Below the pieces are notes generated by a model that saw only the letters and a program-made list of their open reading frames with translations, searched no databases and was not told the origin of the DNA. Shown here piece after piece: positions 10,078-20,220 of a stretch of 64,000 bases of DNA. This stretch comes from a virus: positions 1-64,000 of the IMG/VR virus record IMGVR_UViG_3300022226_000004; one strand, written 5' to 3'. A program made the position numbers and the translations under genes. Position 1 is the first letter of the stretch. Every line of letters starts with the position of its first letter.

Positions 10078-11283
10078 TCATCGAGTCCCGTTTTCCTTCT
10101 CAACCCTGATTATGTTTGCGAGCCGGGATCTCGCAGTCTCGGCAGCCTGAGCAATGGCATCCTCAACAGGAACTCCACGACCCACTAGCTCTGCGGCAAT
10201 CTGAGTTTGCGCCCTGTCGAAGAAAGCGACATCAGAGCGTTGAAGAGGCTCAGCCAATCCGTCAACCTCGAACGTGACAGCAGCTCCACTGGTGTCGAAG
10301 AATGGGGAGGTGTCTAGCTCTGGCGGGCGAGATGCCTGAGTGTTCACAAATAGCCCAGCCAAGCCAGTGGGGGACGTTTCGCCAGTAGATGGCGGGCGAC
10401 CCCGAGGAAAGGCCGCACGCGCTGGTATTCCACCCTGTGCGCCCTGCACGATGGGCGAGGCAAATGGAAGACTAGGAACAGGGGTTGCCGCTACGCCTTC
10501 TGGTAGTTCAGGTAAGAACTCCTGTCTTGTGTCGATATTCAACGGGGTTCGGCCAGCTTCAGACCTGGCAACGAACTGACCCTGTTGAGGCACGACCTGC
10601 CTGGAAAGCCTTGGGTCAGTAAGGACATCAATCGCAGCCTGCCGCTGAGCTCCTCGCAACTCATCAGATGCTAGCAAAGCCTGCTGCCTCAGAGCTTGCC
10701 TTTGCTCGCTCAAGTCAGCTTCAGTGGGAGGAAAACCCAACCGATCTTCTACCGACTTCGGTAGAAAGGGAGCAAAAACATTTTGAAAAAACCCTCTTTC
10801 CTCTGCTGGCTGTGCGGCGTTAAGTAATTCGCGGCGGGCAGTAGACACATTTTGCTCGAAAGGTTCGATCAGCGCCTGGTTGAGCGCCGTCGCAACAGCG
10901 GCCTGCTCCTGAGCGGCCTGAACTCTCTGAGCCCTGGCAGCCTGCTGTGCGGCTGACAAGGCCTGCTGCTGTTGTGGATCGAACTGACCAAGAAAAGGAG
11001 CGAGCTCCTGCTCTCCAAGCTGGCCTTGCCTCGCAGCGTTAAAGACATCAGAGAATAACCTATCACGGCGCTGAATCTCGAACTTGTTGCGCTCACTCTT
11101 CGCCTGATCTTCTGACCTGCGATCAAGCGCTTCTAAACGCTTCTCCTCTGCAGCCTCACGCCGACCCTGGAGCCCAACCGTTACGAACCTGTTCAGTGCA
11201 CCCTCGAGCTGCGCTGCAGATGTTCTCCTGCGATCCTCAGCTTGTCGTGCCAGAGAATCAAAGCTGTCCCCAAAAGTTGCCAT
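10078..11283 (-). CDS. putative ejection (internal virion) protein
   Basis: 401 aa, Ala/Gln/Arg-rich, helical, no Cys; positional homology. Confidence 0.55.
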   Translation of the reverse strand: MATFGDSFDSLARQAEDRRRTSAAQLEGALNRFVTVGLQGRREAAEEKRLEALDRRSEDQAKSERNKFEIQRRDRLFSDVFNAARQGQLGEQELAPFLGQFDPQQQQALSAAQQAARAQRVQAAQEQAAVATALNQALIEPFEQNVSTARRELLNAAQPAEERGFFQNVFAPFLPKSVEDRLGFPPTEADLSEQRQALRQQALLASDELRGAQRQAAIDVLTDPRLSRQVVPQQGQFVARSEAGRTPLNIDTRQEFLPELPEGVAATPVPSLPFASPIVQGAQGGIPARAAFPRGRPPSTGETSPTGLAGLFVNTQASRPPELDTSPFFDTSGAAVTFEVDGLAEPLQRSDVAFFDRAQTQIAAELVGRGVPVEDAIAQAAETARSRLANIIRVEKENGTR

Positions 11284-12083
11284 TAGCTTCGCCTGGTTCC
11301 AAAGAGGCCGCCCCCACCACCAACGGCTCGGACGGCACCAAAGTTGAGCAAGCCTCCGCCTAAACCTTGCGCCGCGCCAGCAATCTGGCCAAGCAGCGAC
11401 GGATCTTGCTGAAGCCCTTCAATGCGGTTAGCTCGGTCAGCCTCAGAAAGCTGCCTGAGGGTGCCGATCGTGCTCCCTTGAACCTGCCCTCTCGTCAGCG
11501 TCGGCTGAACGCTGCGGTTAAGCAAGGTGTCAAGCAGCTGCTGACGCGTGAGCTGATTGGCTAGCTGCTGCTGAAGAATGAAACCGAAATCAGCCCGCTC
11601 TTGAGCGGTGTCTTCTAGCGCAGCGTCAATCTCAGCATCCCTGGATAGCCTACCAAACTGTAGATCCAGAAAGGAATCACCTCCCGGAAGCCCACGCCTT
11701 GCACGTAGACGCTGATTGGATTGACGGATCCTGTCTAAGGCACGCTGGGTGGCGCTCTCTCTGGCTCCGCGCCTGCGCTCCCTTAGACCACGTAGCTGCT
11801 GTTCAGTCTGGCCGCCAAACAAGTCCTCTATCGTCCTGACACCTTCGCGAGTGAATCGCTCGACATCAGGAGTCTGCTCCCGGAAGCGCCGGCCGAAATC
11901 AGCAAGATTGCTTTCCTGGAGATTTAGCGTCTCATCGGTTGTTCCAATTTGGCGCCGAATGAGCCGGTCAACTTCCGGGTTTCGGACAATGGACTTCAGG
12001 CGCACATCGCCACCATCATCAAACGCACTGGCAATACTGCCAGCAGCGCCCAATGCCGCACCGATTCCACCTAGAGCACCCAT
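11283..12083 (-). CDS. putative ejection/DNA pilot protein
   Basis: 266 aa; Gly/Ala-rich hydrophobic termini (MGALGGIGAALGAAG; GLGGGLLNFG) around a Gln/Arg coiled coil. Confidence 0.6.
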   Translation of the reverse strand: MGALGGIGAALGAAGSIASAFDDGGDVRLKSIVRNPEVDRLIRRQIGTTDETLNLQESNLADFGRRFREQTPDVERFTREGVRTIEDLFGGQTEQQLRGLRERRRGARESATQRALDRIRQSNQRLRARRGLPGGDSFLDLQFGRLSRDAEIDAALEDTAQERADFGFILQQQLANQLTRQQLLDTLLNRSVQPTLTRGQVQGSTIGTLRQLSEADRANRIEGLQQDPSLLGQIAGAAQGLGGGLLNFGAVRAVGGGGGLFGTRRS

Positions 12084-12101
12084 GCTAAGAGCAGTCTGAG
12101 A

Positions 12102-12275
12102 TTACTTGTCGATGAAGTGAGACCGATTCACTGGGGCACCCTGCGCCAACATCGCCATAACAGCGCTGTCGGTTCGCGCAGGCCTCTTGGGAGCCTTCAT
12201 GATATCAGCTTTAGTAGGCCGGTCTACTGTCTTCGTCCGATTTGTATTTGTTCCACCAATTCCTGGTTTGGGCAT
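12102..12275 (-). CDS. small basic protein (57 aa, below ORF-track cut-off)
   Basis: ATG at 12275 with AGAAAGG upstream; MPKPGIGGTNTNRTKTVDRP...HFIDK*; fills the intergenic gap. Confidence 0.5.
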   Translation of the reverse strand: MPKPGIGGTNTNRTKTVDRPTKADIMKAPKRPARTDSAVMAMLAQGAPVNRSHFIDK

Positions 12276-12289
12276 ATTCGCCTTTCTAG

Positions 12290-12706
12290 TTAAAGGTTCA
12301 CTGTCGAGATAACTTCTCTCGGACTAAATCCTAAACCCTGATAGCGTTTTAGTATAGTGTTTTCTGGAAAATGAGATGTGGCATGGACTCGATGGCAGCC
12401 CAAGCCCCTCAGCAATGCAACCATGTGATCCAGTATCATGATCTCTTTGTTGCTCATGAAATGCCAGAAGAGGATGTGACCATCCAGAAAATCAGTGTTC
12501 CAAAGGAATGGAAAAAGAACAGCCCCAGCTACACTTGCGTCGCCACGTATCACGACGCCGTTAATAATGGTGTTCTCTAAAACAGAGCGAACATCCTGGG
12601 GGTCAAACCTTACCTGGTATGATGGCTCGCCAACCTTGGCCGCCCCGTCCATCATGATGGGCATCAGCTCTTCAACGTCTTCGAGAACTGCAGCCCTGTA
12701 ATTCAT
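12290..12706 (-). CDS. GNAT-fold acetyltransferase-like protein (T7 gp13-like position)
   Basis: Starts YRAAVLEDV, ends RYQGLGF (GNAT-like terminal motifs); between nozzle and ejection genes. Confidence 0.6.
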   Translation of the reverse strand: MNYRAAVLEDVEELMPIMMDGAAKVGEPSYQVRFDPQDVRSVLENTIINGVVIRGDASVAGAVLFPFLWNTDFLDGHILFWHFMSNKEIMILDHMVALLRGLGCHRVHATSHFPENTILKRYQGLGFSPREVISTVNL

Positions 12707-12909
12707 TAGCTCACATCTCTTTCAGGATCTTTGACTTCGAAAAGCCCTTGAACTCTCTCCGCCCAAACCAGGAAATCCCTATTCCAGTCACCCAGCTCTG
12801 GGAACCTGCGAACCATTGCATCAGGTAGCGCAGGAGGGAGGGGAAACTGAGCGTCTCGAACCCGAGCCTGAACTCTTACCAACCTTCTAACCTGGACTGG
12901 AGCTGGCAT
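12706..12909 (-). CDS. hypothetical virion-associated protein
   Basis: 67 aa, coupled by TAATG overlaps on both sides. Confidence 0.5.
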   Translation of the reverse strand: MPAPVQVRRLVRVQARVRDAQFPLPPALPDAMVRRFPELGDWNRDFLVWAERVQGLFEVKDPERDVS

Positions 12910-15335
12910 TACGGTTCCTCACACCTCCCTATCATTGCGTAAGCGCTTGAGAAGCAAATTGACCCACCAGTTCCTTGGATCCTGAGTCGCCATTGAAGAA
13001 AGATCCCTGCACGATGAGGAAACCACTTAGCTTGTTCATCAGCCCGGCTCCCTGCGGCATCATGCTCATCACCGGTAGTCAGAGATCGACAGCCAATAGG
13101 CATCCCTTCAAGGACGTTACCGTCTCTGTCGATAACTCTTTCCTTTTTGAATCGCCCGCAACCAGGCTGAGACCCAAACCCAATGAACAACTCGAGAGTT
13201 GATGGTATAGTCTGAACTGGCGCCGTGAAGTTCACTGAAAAATCAGAGATGGTTTTCTCGAGATCGGTCTTGAAGTCATCTGCCCCGGATTCAAGAACAG
13301 TCGTGTAGCCATCCAAAACATAATCAGAACCTCCCGTAATGCGCTCTCGATTGAAATTGTCATCAGTGTATTCCTTGAGTGCGAAGTCAGTAGCGCTCGC
13401 CATCACAAACCTATCGGACGATTCGCATTCACCGCATAGTTCCGACTCAGAAACAGCACCAATTCTTGAGCACACTGAATCAGGGTCGGCTGGCAGATCG
13501 GGGTCCTCTGTCGCATTTAGGATGTAAGTCGGTGGATCAGTAAAGGGCTCGCTGGTTGCCGGGTTCGATGGCCCTTCCTTGACGGCATCAGCGCTCAGTG
13601 CTTCACGAGTGCAAATCTCTAACTCCTCTAGAAAGGCGGCAATGGTCTGAGCCTTCCTGCCGCTTAGCCAATGGAATGCGGTGAAACCATGGTCAACTAA
13701 ATCCGCACCAAGCTGAGCGTTAGTCAGGTTGAAAACCAAGCTCATGTTAGGACAAACGTTTTCATCGGTTGGCCATGAAAACCAAAGCTCCTTGAATTGC
13801 GGATTCCACCCTCCCACAAAATGCTGGCAAGCATCCTGATTCAGCGGGCCGAACGAAATATCATCGCGCTCAATGCCATCGAATACCACATTGCTGACCA
13901 TTCGCTGCCAATCAATTTCCCTGGGGCGCTTGTCAAAAGACGTGAACTGAAGTAAGCGATCCTCAGACCAATAGTAATGAGCGTCACCTGTATTGACCAA
14001 GCTCCACTTGTATTTGAGTGAGTCCTCACCCTTGTAAATCTGCTCAATGAAAAACACTGGGTCTGTGTCCTGCGAACCAGCTGTCAGGGCAACGCGATAT
14101 ATCGAGAGATCCGTGTAGATGAACATGAAGTCATTCAGGCCCTCAATCCTCAAGATTGTCTCGCCTATGCCTAGATCTTGAAACCCTGCTAGCGAATCAT
14201 CAGACGGGACATAACTTGTCGGGTCATTGAAGTCAGACCAAACAATCCGATCTCGGTGGCGAATACCGTCCTGAACAACATCGCCAAAAAAGATGAACCC
14301 CTTCCACTCGCCAACGACACTTGCCGCCGTAATGTTGAGAGTGTCGAGATCGTCTATCTCAACGGCAGCCCAAAGATCACACCCCTGAGGCTGAGACAGC
14401 ATGTTCCAATAAAGTGGAGGGTTGAAGCCGTTCGTGAAGATCACTGAATTCTCATGGACAGCAGACATGAACTTCGTTTGAGAGCAGTTGTTGCAATCCT
14501 CGTCTTCATCCACAACCCCGCCAAGACCATCGGCCAGGATCTTCCAGTTGCCAGTGTCTTCATTGAGTGCATACAGTCTGCTCTTCGTTCCAGCCACAAG
14601 CATTCTGGCCCCCTCTGAGCTAGTGGCATGGTTCAGCAGGGTGATAGCCTCGAGACACCCGCTCCTAGTCTTGAGCTCATCGCCGCAATAAGTATAGGTG
14701 TATCGAAGGTCAGTCGAGTAAACAGGGATCGGATCCCCGTAGCCATAGCCGACAACTGTTTCGCCTGGGTCGATTTGAACCAGCTTTAGCTCGAAGTAGG
14801 ATGTCTGCCAGTAATCCGGGTATCCAGTCGTGCACGGCGGGTCATAGGCGCCAAGCAGGGTGTCAAAAAAAGCTGGCTGCAGGGTGTAAGGATGCCCTTC
14901 AAAGTATGGTTCGCAAATCGTAAACTCGCCGTCAACGAATGACCTGAAATTGTAGACACCAAAAAAATCAGGGGCAAACCCGCACTCAATTCCGTAGGGG
15001 ATGTTTGTCTGTGTCTCTGGAGTAATTGAAGACGGAAAGAAAAACGGATATTGAACCCCTGTCTGTGTCCCGTCGATCGATATGGGAATGGAAAACTCAT
15101 CGTAGTAAAGCTGCAGACCTGTTAGCTGGTCGTGCAAATCTGAATTGTTGTAAGGATCGTTGACCCCTGAAAATAATCGCCTCCATCCTCCCCGGCGACA
15201 CCGCTTATTTCTGCCACGAATAGATGAATTCAGGACAAGCCTAAACCCGTCGGCCTTCGTTTCATCGGGCTGGGATCTGGTGTCAAAGATTCCAGCAAAC
15301 GACCTGAGCTTAACGCTTTTGAACGGGTTGGGCAT
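12909..15335 (-). CDS. tail nozzle / tubular protein B (P22 gp10-like)
   Basis: 808 aa, beta-rich propeller-like composition, RIVWSDFNDPTS motif, podoviral position. Confidence 0.65.
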   Translation of the reverse strand: MPNPFKSVKLRSFAGIFDTRSQPDETKADGFRLVLNSSIRGRNKRCRRGGWRRLFSGVNDPYNNSDLHDQLTGLQLYYDEFSIPISIDGTQTGVQYPFFFPSSITPETQTNIPYGIECGFAPDFFGVYNFRSFVDGEFTICEPYFEGHPYTLQPAFFDTLLGAYDPPCTTGYPDYWQTSYFELKLVQIDPGETVVGYGYGDPIPVYSTDLRYTYTYCGDELKTRSGCLEAITLLNHATSSEGARMLVAGTKSRLYALNEDTGNWKILADGLGGVVDEDEDCNNCSQTKFMSAVHENSVIFTNGFNPPLYWNMLSQPQGCDLWAAVEIDDLDTLNITAASVVGEWKGFIFFGDVVQDGIRHRDRIVWSDFNDPTSYVPSDDSLAGFQDLGIGETILRIEGLNDFMFIYTDLSIYRVALTAGSQDTDPVFFIEQIYKGEDSLKYKWSLVNTGDAHYYWSEDRLLQFTSFDKRPREIDWQRMVSNVVFDGIERDDISFGPLNQDACQHFVGGWNPQFKELWFSWPTDENVCPNMSLVFNLTNAQLGADLVDHGFTAFHWLSGRKAQTIAAFLEELEICTREALSADAVKEGPSNPATSEPFTDPPTYILNATEDPDLPADPDSVCSRIGAVSESELCGECESSDRFVMASATDFALKEYTDDNFNRERITGGSDYVLDGYTTVLESGADDFKTDLEKTISDFSVNFTAPVQTIPSTLELFIGFGSQPGCGRFKKERVIDRDGNVLEGMPIGCRSLTTGDEHDAAGSRADEQAKWFPHRAGIFLQWRLRIQGTGGSICFSSAYAMIGRCEEP

Positions 15336-15991
15336 CAGGTTTTAATCAGATATCTCATGGCAGCATACGGAGGCATGTTGTCATGTGACCCGCCTCCTCC
15401 AGTGTCTCTTGTCTCACCCAAAGCAGCTGCCACATTGTTGAACTGCCAGTCAACCTCTTCGCCACCGCCCACACGAAGCCTGCCAACCTCGCCATCTGTA
15501 GTGAGCCCATCATCCTCAACGCCAAACGTGTGATTATGGGCTGGGATCTGAGCTTCCGTCAGTGTTACGGCTTTGGCCCCCCCTGTTCCAGCAAGGACGA
15601 AATCGACATCAGTGCCGCTCAGCCCGAAAATGCTTTTGCCCTGAAGGTCTGGAAGGTTGAAAGTTGTGGATGAATCCCCGGCGCCGTAAACAGTCCCCAG
15701 CTTGGCAAAGAGGTTCGCATAGGTAGTTCTGCTGACCTCCTGCCCGTTGCACCATAGCCAGCCATCAGGAATGTCTGCGCCAGCATAGGCCTGAACAATG
15801 CCGGGCGGGAGCTGGAAGACCTCATTACGGAAGGCCTGCGACAAGGACCCATCCGCATTCAGCATGTAGTTCAGGAAATCGCATATCAGCTGTGGCTGTT
15901 GAAACAGAACTCGCCGCAGCGCTTCACATCGGTCTGTCCCCGGTGTCGGCGTCAGTGAGCAAAACTCATCAGGTGTCGTTGGGCTAGGCAT
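15335..15991 (-). CDS. phage tail-collar domain protein
   Basis: PPGIVQAYAG..IPDGWLWCNGQEVSRTTYANLF..GTVYGAGD..TTFNLPDLQG and C-terminal HDNMPPY..RYLIKT. Confidence 0.9.
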   Translation of the reverse strand: MPSPTTPDEFCSLTPTPGTDRCEALRRVLFQQPQLICDFLNYMLNADGSLSQAFRNEVFQLPPGIVQAYAGADIPDGWLWCNGQEVSRTTYANLFAKLGTVYGAGDSSTTFNLPDLQGKSIFGLSGTDVDFVLAGTGGAKAVTLTEAQIPAHNHTFGVEDDGLTTDGEVGRLRVGGGEEVDWQFNNVAAALGETRDTGGGGSHDNMPPYAAMRYLIKT

Positions 15992-17039
15992 CTATTATCC
16001 CGTGTTCGATTAAAATGTTCACAAGGCCTTCCGCAAATTGAAGCTCCGTGAAACGTGATGCAGATTCGGCAGCCAGTAACCCTCGATGCCTAACGATATC
16101 GCGATTACTGTAAGTCCACCGGAGCTGCTTTATCGCTGAATCACGATCTGGCTCCAACCATGTCCCGGACCCTTCGTAGATACCCTGCGCTGGAACAAAC
16201 GAAAAGTCCAGTGGGAACGCATTGTTTCGATCCATGAACATCTGGAGGGAGGTGAATACAGGGCAACAACATGGTCGGCCAATAGCCATCGCTTGCTGCT
16301 GCCACAACCCCCACCCCTCACCCCTGGACATCGAGAAAAAGATGTGCCCACTAGCCAGCCAATCGGCAATCCCTGAGTCACTCATGTTCTCACGCCTCAC
16401 TGCTATCCGCGTGTCGCCCCAGGTTTCATCCAGATCGCACCTCGGGCTGATCTTGACATGCAACTCAACGTCAGGGGTGTCCGGAAATGCGGCAATCCAT
16501 GTTTCGATCAGCTCGGGCAACATCTTCCTGAGCCCGCCAACTTCGCGCTGGCCGGCTGCCTTTACGACAAAAGGCCCATCAATCGCCATTGGCTTGAAAG
16601 AGAATGTGTCCGTATTGATCCCGAGAGGCAGAACGGCAATCTTGCTTTTCACGCCGGCTGCTGAAAAGACGGAGGCATTCCAATGCGACGGCACAATGAC
16701 CAGCTCTGCTTTGTTTAGCTCATCAACATAGGTGCTAGCCAACCCGTTGGTCTCCCACATCGTGAACCAGGCAATCTTCTTGCCCCTGGATTCGCTCAAT
16801 GGGTCAGTGGTTGGCGGATGAAACAAAAGCTCCCATTGCTCTGCTCCAGGCCTGCGGACAAAGCATCGTTTTATCGATTCCGGAATAGCAGGATCATCCC
16901 AGGCAGAAGACACCGTTGGGCGAAGATCTACATGGAGCCCGAGAAACTCGAGATTGGAAACGGCCATCTGGGTAACACGACCCCAGGCTGAATGCCCATC
17001 TACTTGACCACGAATATTGATACGGCGCGACGAATTCAT
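15984..17039 (-). CDS. glycosyltransferase family 4 (GT-B)
   Basis: FTMWET, IVPSHWN, LPLGIN, RK and SRGEGWGLWQQQAMAIGRP motifs. Confidence 0.85.
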   Translation of the reverse strand: MNSSRRINIRGQVDGHSAWGRVTQMAVSNLEFLGLHVDLRPTVSSAWDDPAIPESIKRCFVRRPGAEQWELLFHPPTTDPLSESRGKKIAWFTMWETNGLASTYVDELNKAELVIVPSHWNASVFSAAGVKSKIAVLPLGINTDTFSFKPMAIDGPFVVKAAGQREVGGLRKMLPELIETWIAAFPDTPDVELHVKISPRCDLDETWGDTRIAVRRENMSDSGIADWLASGHIFFSMSRGEGWGLWQQQAMAIGRPCCCPVFTSLQMFMDRNNAFPLDFSFVPAQGIYEGSGTWLEPDRDSAIKQLRWTYSNRDIVRHRGLLAAESASRFTELQFAEGLVNILIEHGIIDA

Positions 17040-17057
17040 CGACGCCAGTCTGCCGCA

Positions 17058-18266
17058 TCATTGGTCCTCAATCCAGAGCAAACTTAACGTTGCGTCCGTA
17101 GTCGCAGCGGTGGCTCTTGCGGCAAAGGAAACAACATCGCCCGGAAACACCCTCGCATTGAGTTCATTCAGATTCAGGGAGAAACCTCGATCCTTTGCCA
17201 CGGATCTGACTATTAGGGCGGTTCCTCCAGTCACCGTTGTTCCAGCGGTATCTTTCTCAGTAAACGATTGCGAGGCGTTGATATCCGCATAAGAAGGAGA
17301 CCCTCCAAGAGTAGGGTTTAGGACAACTCGAATGATGGCCGGCTTCGTCCCGTCAACACCAGCACTAAACAGGATGGGGAGCAGGAGCCCCTTGTTGTTC
17401 TTGCCGTTGAATGTTGACTTAACGCGCAACGCAAAGATGTTCGTGAGCGTGGTGCCAACACCAGTCTTAGTATTGTCCGTTGTGAATCTTGGCCCCAATA
17501 ACCCGCCAGAGACCCCCTGCTGCCCAGCAAACCAAGATGCACACTTAACCACTACATCCGTGGCGTTACTCGTGTTGTTGGACTCAATCGCAAGCGGGAA
17601 TGATGGGTTGTCAAAAGATGGCGCGGTATTGAGATTGGCGTATTTGATCCTGTGAACCAGGTAAAACGCACCAGTATCATTGCGCTCAATATAAAACTGG
17701 ATCTCACCAAACCCAAGATACTGCATTTGGATCCGGTAGACATTGCCGGTCTGCTGGTCAAGCGTGTCGCCACTCGGGCCAGTGCCGTCCATCGGGTCAA
17801 CATTCCATGAGGCTTGAGGAACAAACGTGTCAACGGTTGCTGAACGTCTGAAAATCCCAAAGGTCGTCCCCTGGTAGCCAAACATGACGCCATTATCCAC
17901 ATCAAAGGCGCCGGCATACTGGTTGTTTCCTGAAGCTGGCGTATCAAAAACTGCGGTGAACCGAAAATCAGAACCTTGTCCGGCATCATATTTGGCGATG
18001 CGGCGACTCCTCCCTCTCCCGACAGAACTCGTAGCCGCCCCGCTATGAGCCTCCAGCATGGATGACGCTACTGCTGTCGATCCAGACCCGGAGCTCTCGT
18101 CTGTTACGTTCTGAGCATTAAGCGTGTAGGTGAACGAAGCCTGAACTAACGGTTTGATCGACGTTATGATTTTCTCGCCAAAAGCAGCAATCTGAAAATC
18201 CGGATCAACCGTGGTTTGAGCCGCAATGCCAACGCTTACCGGTGGTGGGGTGATTGTCAAGCTCAT
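17058..18266 (-). CDS. putative virion structural protein (beta-sandwich, lectin-like)
   Basis: 402 aa, Thr/Ser/Gly-rich beta protein in the head-tail module. Confidence 0.5.
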   Translation of the reverse strand: MSLTITPPPVSVGIAAQTTVDPDFQIAAFGEKIITSIKPLVQASFTYTLNAQNVTDESSGSGSTAVASSMLEAHSGAATSSVGRGRSRRIAKYDAGQGSDFRFTAVFDTPASGNNQYAGAFDVDNGVMFGYQGTTFGIFRRSATVDTFVPQASWNVDPMDGTGPSGDTLDQQTGNVYRIQMQYLGFGEIQFYIERNDTGAFYLVHRIKYANLNTAPSFDNPSFPLAIESNNTSNATDVVVKCASWFAGQQGVSGGLLGPRFTTDNTKTGVGTTLTNIFALRVKSTFNGKNNKGLLLPILFSAGVDGTKPAIIRVVLNPTLGGSPSYADINASQSFTEKDTAGTTVTGGTALIVRSVAKDRGFSLNLNELNARVFPGDVVSFAARATAATTDATLSLLWIEDQ

Positions 18267-18799
18267 GCTTTCCTCCCGTAAAATGTAAAGGTTAATGCAT
18301 TGGCAACACTAGACCTGACTGCGACCGCACCGGAACCAGATAGGATTACTGGTCCATCAAAAGTAGCGACCGAACCGGCAGCCAGTTCGACATCCCATGC
18401 GATCGCCGTGGCTTCAGAGTAAGCCGCACCATCGGTGTCAACCATGATCCTGAATGTTGCTGCACTTCCTGACGTGTTAGCCACAACGATGTTGTCAATC
18501 ACTCGCTTCACGGAGGCCTCGGGGTGAACAACAGTGACATTGCTGGTGCCTGTTGGCCTGAATTGACCGAGCTCCGTGAACTCAGATAGGTCATTTATCC
18601 CAGTGACTGCCGCGCTGACGTTGGTCAGCTCACCGAGAGCTGTTTCAAGCGCAGTCAGATCAATACCTGATCCAGCCGTGTTTATCGCGTTGTAAACAGA
18701 AACAACAAAGTCCCTTAAATCCTGAGCGCTAATCTGCCTTGTCACGTTGTCAGGAAACAACGCCAGGATCTGTGCTTGTGTTCTTATCGTGTCTGCCAT
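18263..18799 (-). CDS. putative virion structural protein
   Basis: 178 aa; N-terminal LFPDNVTRQISAQDLRD then a beta-sandwich-like C-terminus. Confidence 0.5.
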   Translation of the reverse strand: MADTIRTQAQILALFPDNVTRQISAQDLRDFVVSVYNAINTAGSGIDLTALETALGELTNVSAAVTGINDLSEFTELGQFRPTGTSNVTVVHPEASVKRVIDNIVVANTSGSAATFRIMVDTDGAAYSEATAIAWDVELAAGSVATFDGPVILSGSGAVAVRSSVANALTFTFYGRKA

Positions 18800-19692
18800 T
18801 ATCCAAATCCAAACCCGACCGCGTTAGGGTCGAAAGAATTGATGGTGTTGCCCTCGGCAAGGTCAACCTGAGGGTGTGGGTAAACTGGAGGGAACATCTG
18901 TGACAGCTGCCCTGGATCTAATCCTTGACTGCAATCCCTGTCAGCCTGAACCCTGCGATGCTCATTGCACCAATACATCAAGTCAGCAAATGCAGTGTTG
19001 GCTTCCTCCCTGAGGTCCCTGGCGTAGGAAGGATTCTTGCGATCCCTGAGAGCGACATCAGCCTTGATCGAAAGACCAACGTAATTCTCGATCGCTGAGT
19101 CATTGGGAATCGCATCATTTGCCGACCAGTTGTATCGGATCCCTTCCCAGTGAACAGCTACTACATAGCCACATGGGAATCTTGGAGCCAAGTAGACCTC
19201 ACCCCCTCGTCCTGTGGCGAAATACCGGGAAGCGCACTTGAACCTGTCATCTGGCTCGTCCTCCCCAGACGCGTAATACGGGTAGCACACTTCAGAGCCA
19301 GCAGTGTAGAGCGTTGTGTCAGGGTTCTGCCACCTGCACCCGTCTTCAGACGCCCAACAGCTAACAAACTGGTAGGTCTTATGATCGTAGAAAAACTTCT
19401 CGCAACCAGCTAGAGGCTTGAAGGCATAGACAGCGTTGATCTTCGCTCTGACCGGGGCGTGGATCAAAGACATCCCGCAATGATCAAACGCCTGGTCCTT
19501 GTAGTAGAAGTTGACCTGGAGGGACCGCCAACACTCATTGTAGGTCTGGAGTTTTGTGAGAGCGTTCTTGAAGTAAAGGTCGTGGGCGGCAGCCATGCTC
19601 TCCCCAGAACCCTCCGGAAAAATCACCGCTCTTACAGCATTCTTGAACGCTGCGTAAGTCGTGTATTCAATGGTCTGTTCTGGGCTTATCAT
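18799..19692 (-). CDS. putative head-tail adaptor (tubular protein A-like)
   Basis: 297 aa, helix-beta-helix layout, second gene after the capsid gene. Confidence 0.45.
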   Translation of the reverse strand: MISPEQTIEYTTYAAFKNAVRAVIFPEGSGESMAAAHDLYFKNALTKLQTYNECWRSLQVNFYYKDQAFDHCGMSLIHAPVRAKINAVYAFKPLAGCEKFFYDHKTYQFVSCWASEDGCRWQNPDTTLYTAGSEVCYPYYASGEDEPDDRFKCASRYFATGRGGEVYLAPRFPCGYVVAVHWEGIRYNWSANDAIPNDSAIENYVGLSIKADVALRDRKNPSYARDLREEANTAFADLMYWCNEHRRVQADRDCSQGLDPGQLSQMFPPVYPHPQVDLAEGNTINSFDPNAVGFGFG

Positions 19693-20126
19693 TATGCTTT
19701 GCCCACCTTCGGCACCACGAACTCCGTTTCAACTGCAAGAGTCTCTGGTTTCTGGGGGGCCGCTGGGCCTGTTGACGGCTGCCCGTTCCTAATATCAGTG
19801 ACCGCAACGGCGGCACCCGCGTTTGGCTGCCTTGGCTTTACGTTGCCAAGATGGGCCGGCCCCACCATTTCCCGATTTCGCAGAGCTCTTGGATCGAACG
19901 GTGTCTGAGCTTTTTTTTTCAAGAACTCCTGGTATTCAGCTTCCGTGATCTCGCTGACTCCGCCTGCTCCACGCGACATGAGCTGCATGAGCTCATTGAT
20001 AATGTAACCATTGGCCGTTGCCAGATACCCGTAATTGTCGTCAGCTGCGTCAAACTCTAAGGGAGACCCGTGTGAAAGCATCACTCGTGTCCTTGGGCAT
20101 TCCTTCTTGAAGTAACGTGTGTCCAT
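19692..20126 (-). CDS. hypothetical protein
   Basis: 144 aa, coupled to the next gene. Confidence 0.55.
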   Translation of the reverse strand: MDTRYFKKECPRTRVMLSHGSPLEFDAADDNYGYLATANGYIINELMQLMSRGAGGVSEITEAEYQEFLKKKAQTPFDPRALRNREMVGPAHLGNVKPRQPNAGAAVAVTDIRNGQPSTGPAAPQKPETLAVETEFVVPKVGKA

Positions 20127-20164
20127 CGGACTTAAACTACGTCACTGGTTGCGGTTGTGCCATC

Positions 20165-20200
20165 AAAAAAGGCCCGGCAGAAAATCAATTCCACCGGGCC
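20165..20200 (-). terminator. intrinsic terminator after the major capsid gene
   Basis: Minus strand GGCCCGGTGG..loop..CTGCCGGGCC followed by T6. Confidence 0.85.
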
Positions 20201-20220
20201 GCCGCAGTCCCCAGGCCGAC

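Noticed and set aside
19911-19920. A9 run as a programmed frameshift site
   Set aside because: Encodes KKK in an intact ORF; no stimulatory structure or useful alternative frame identified
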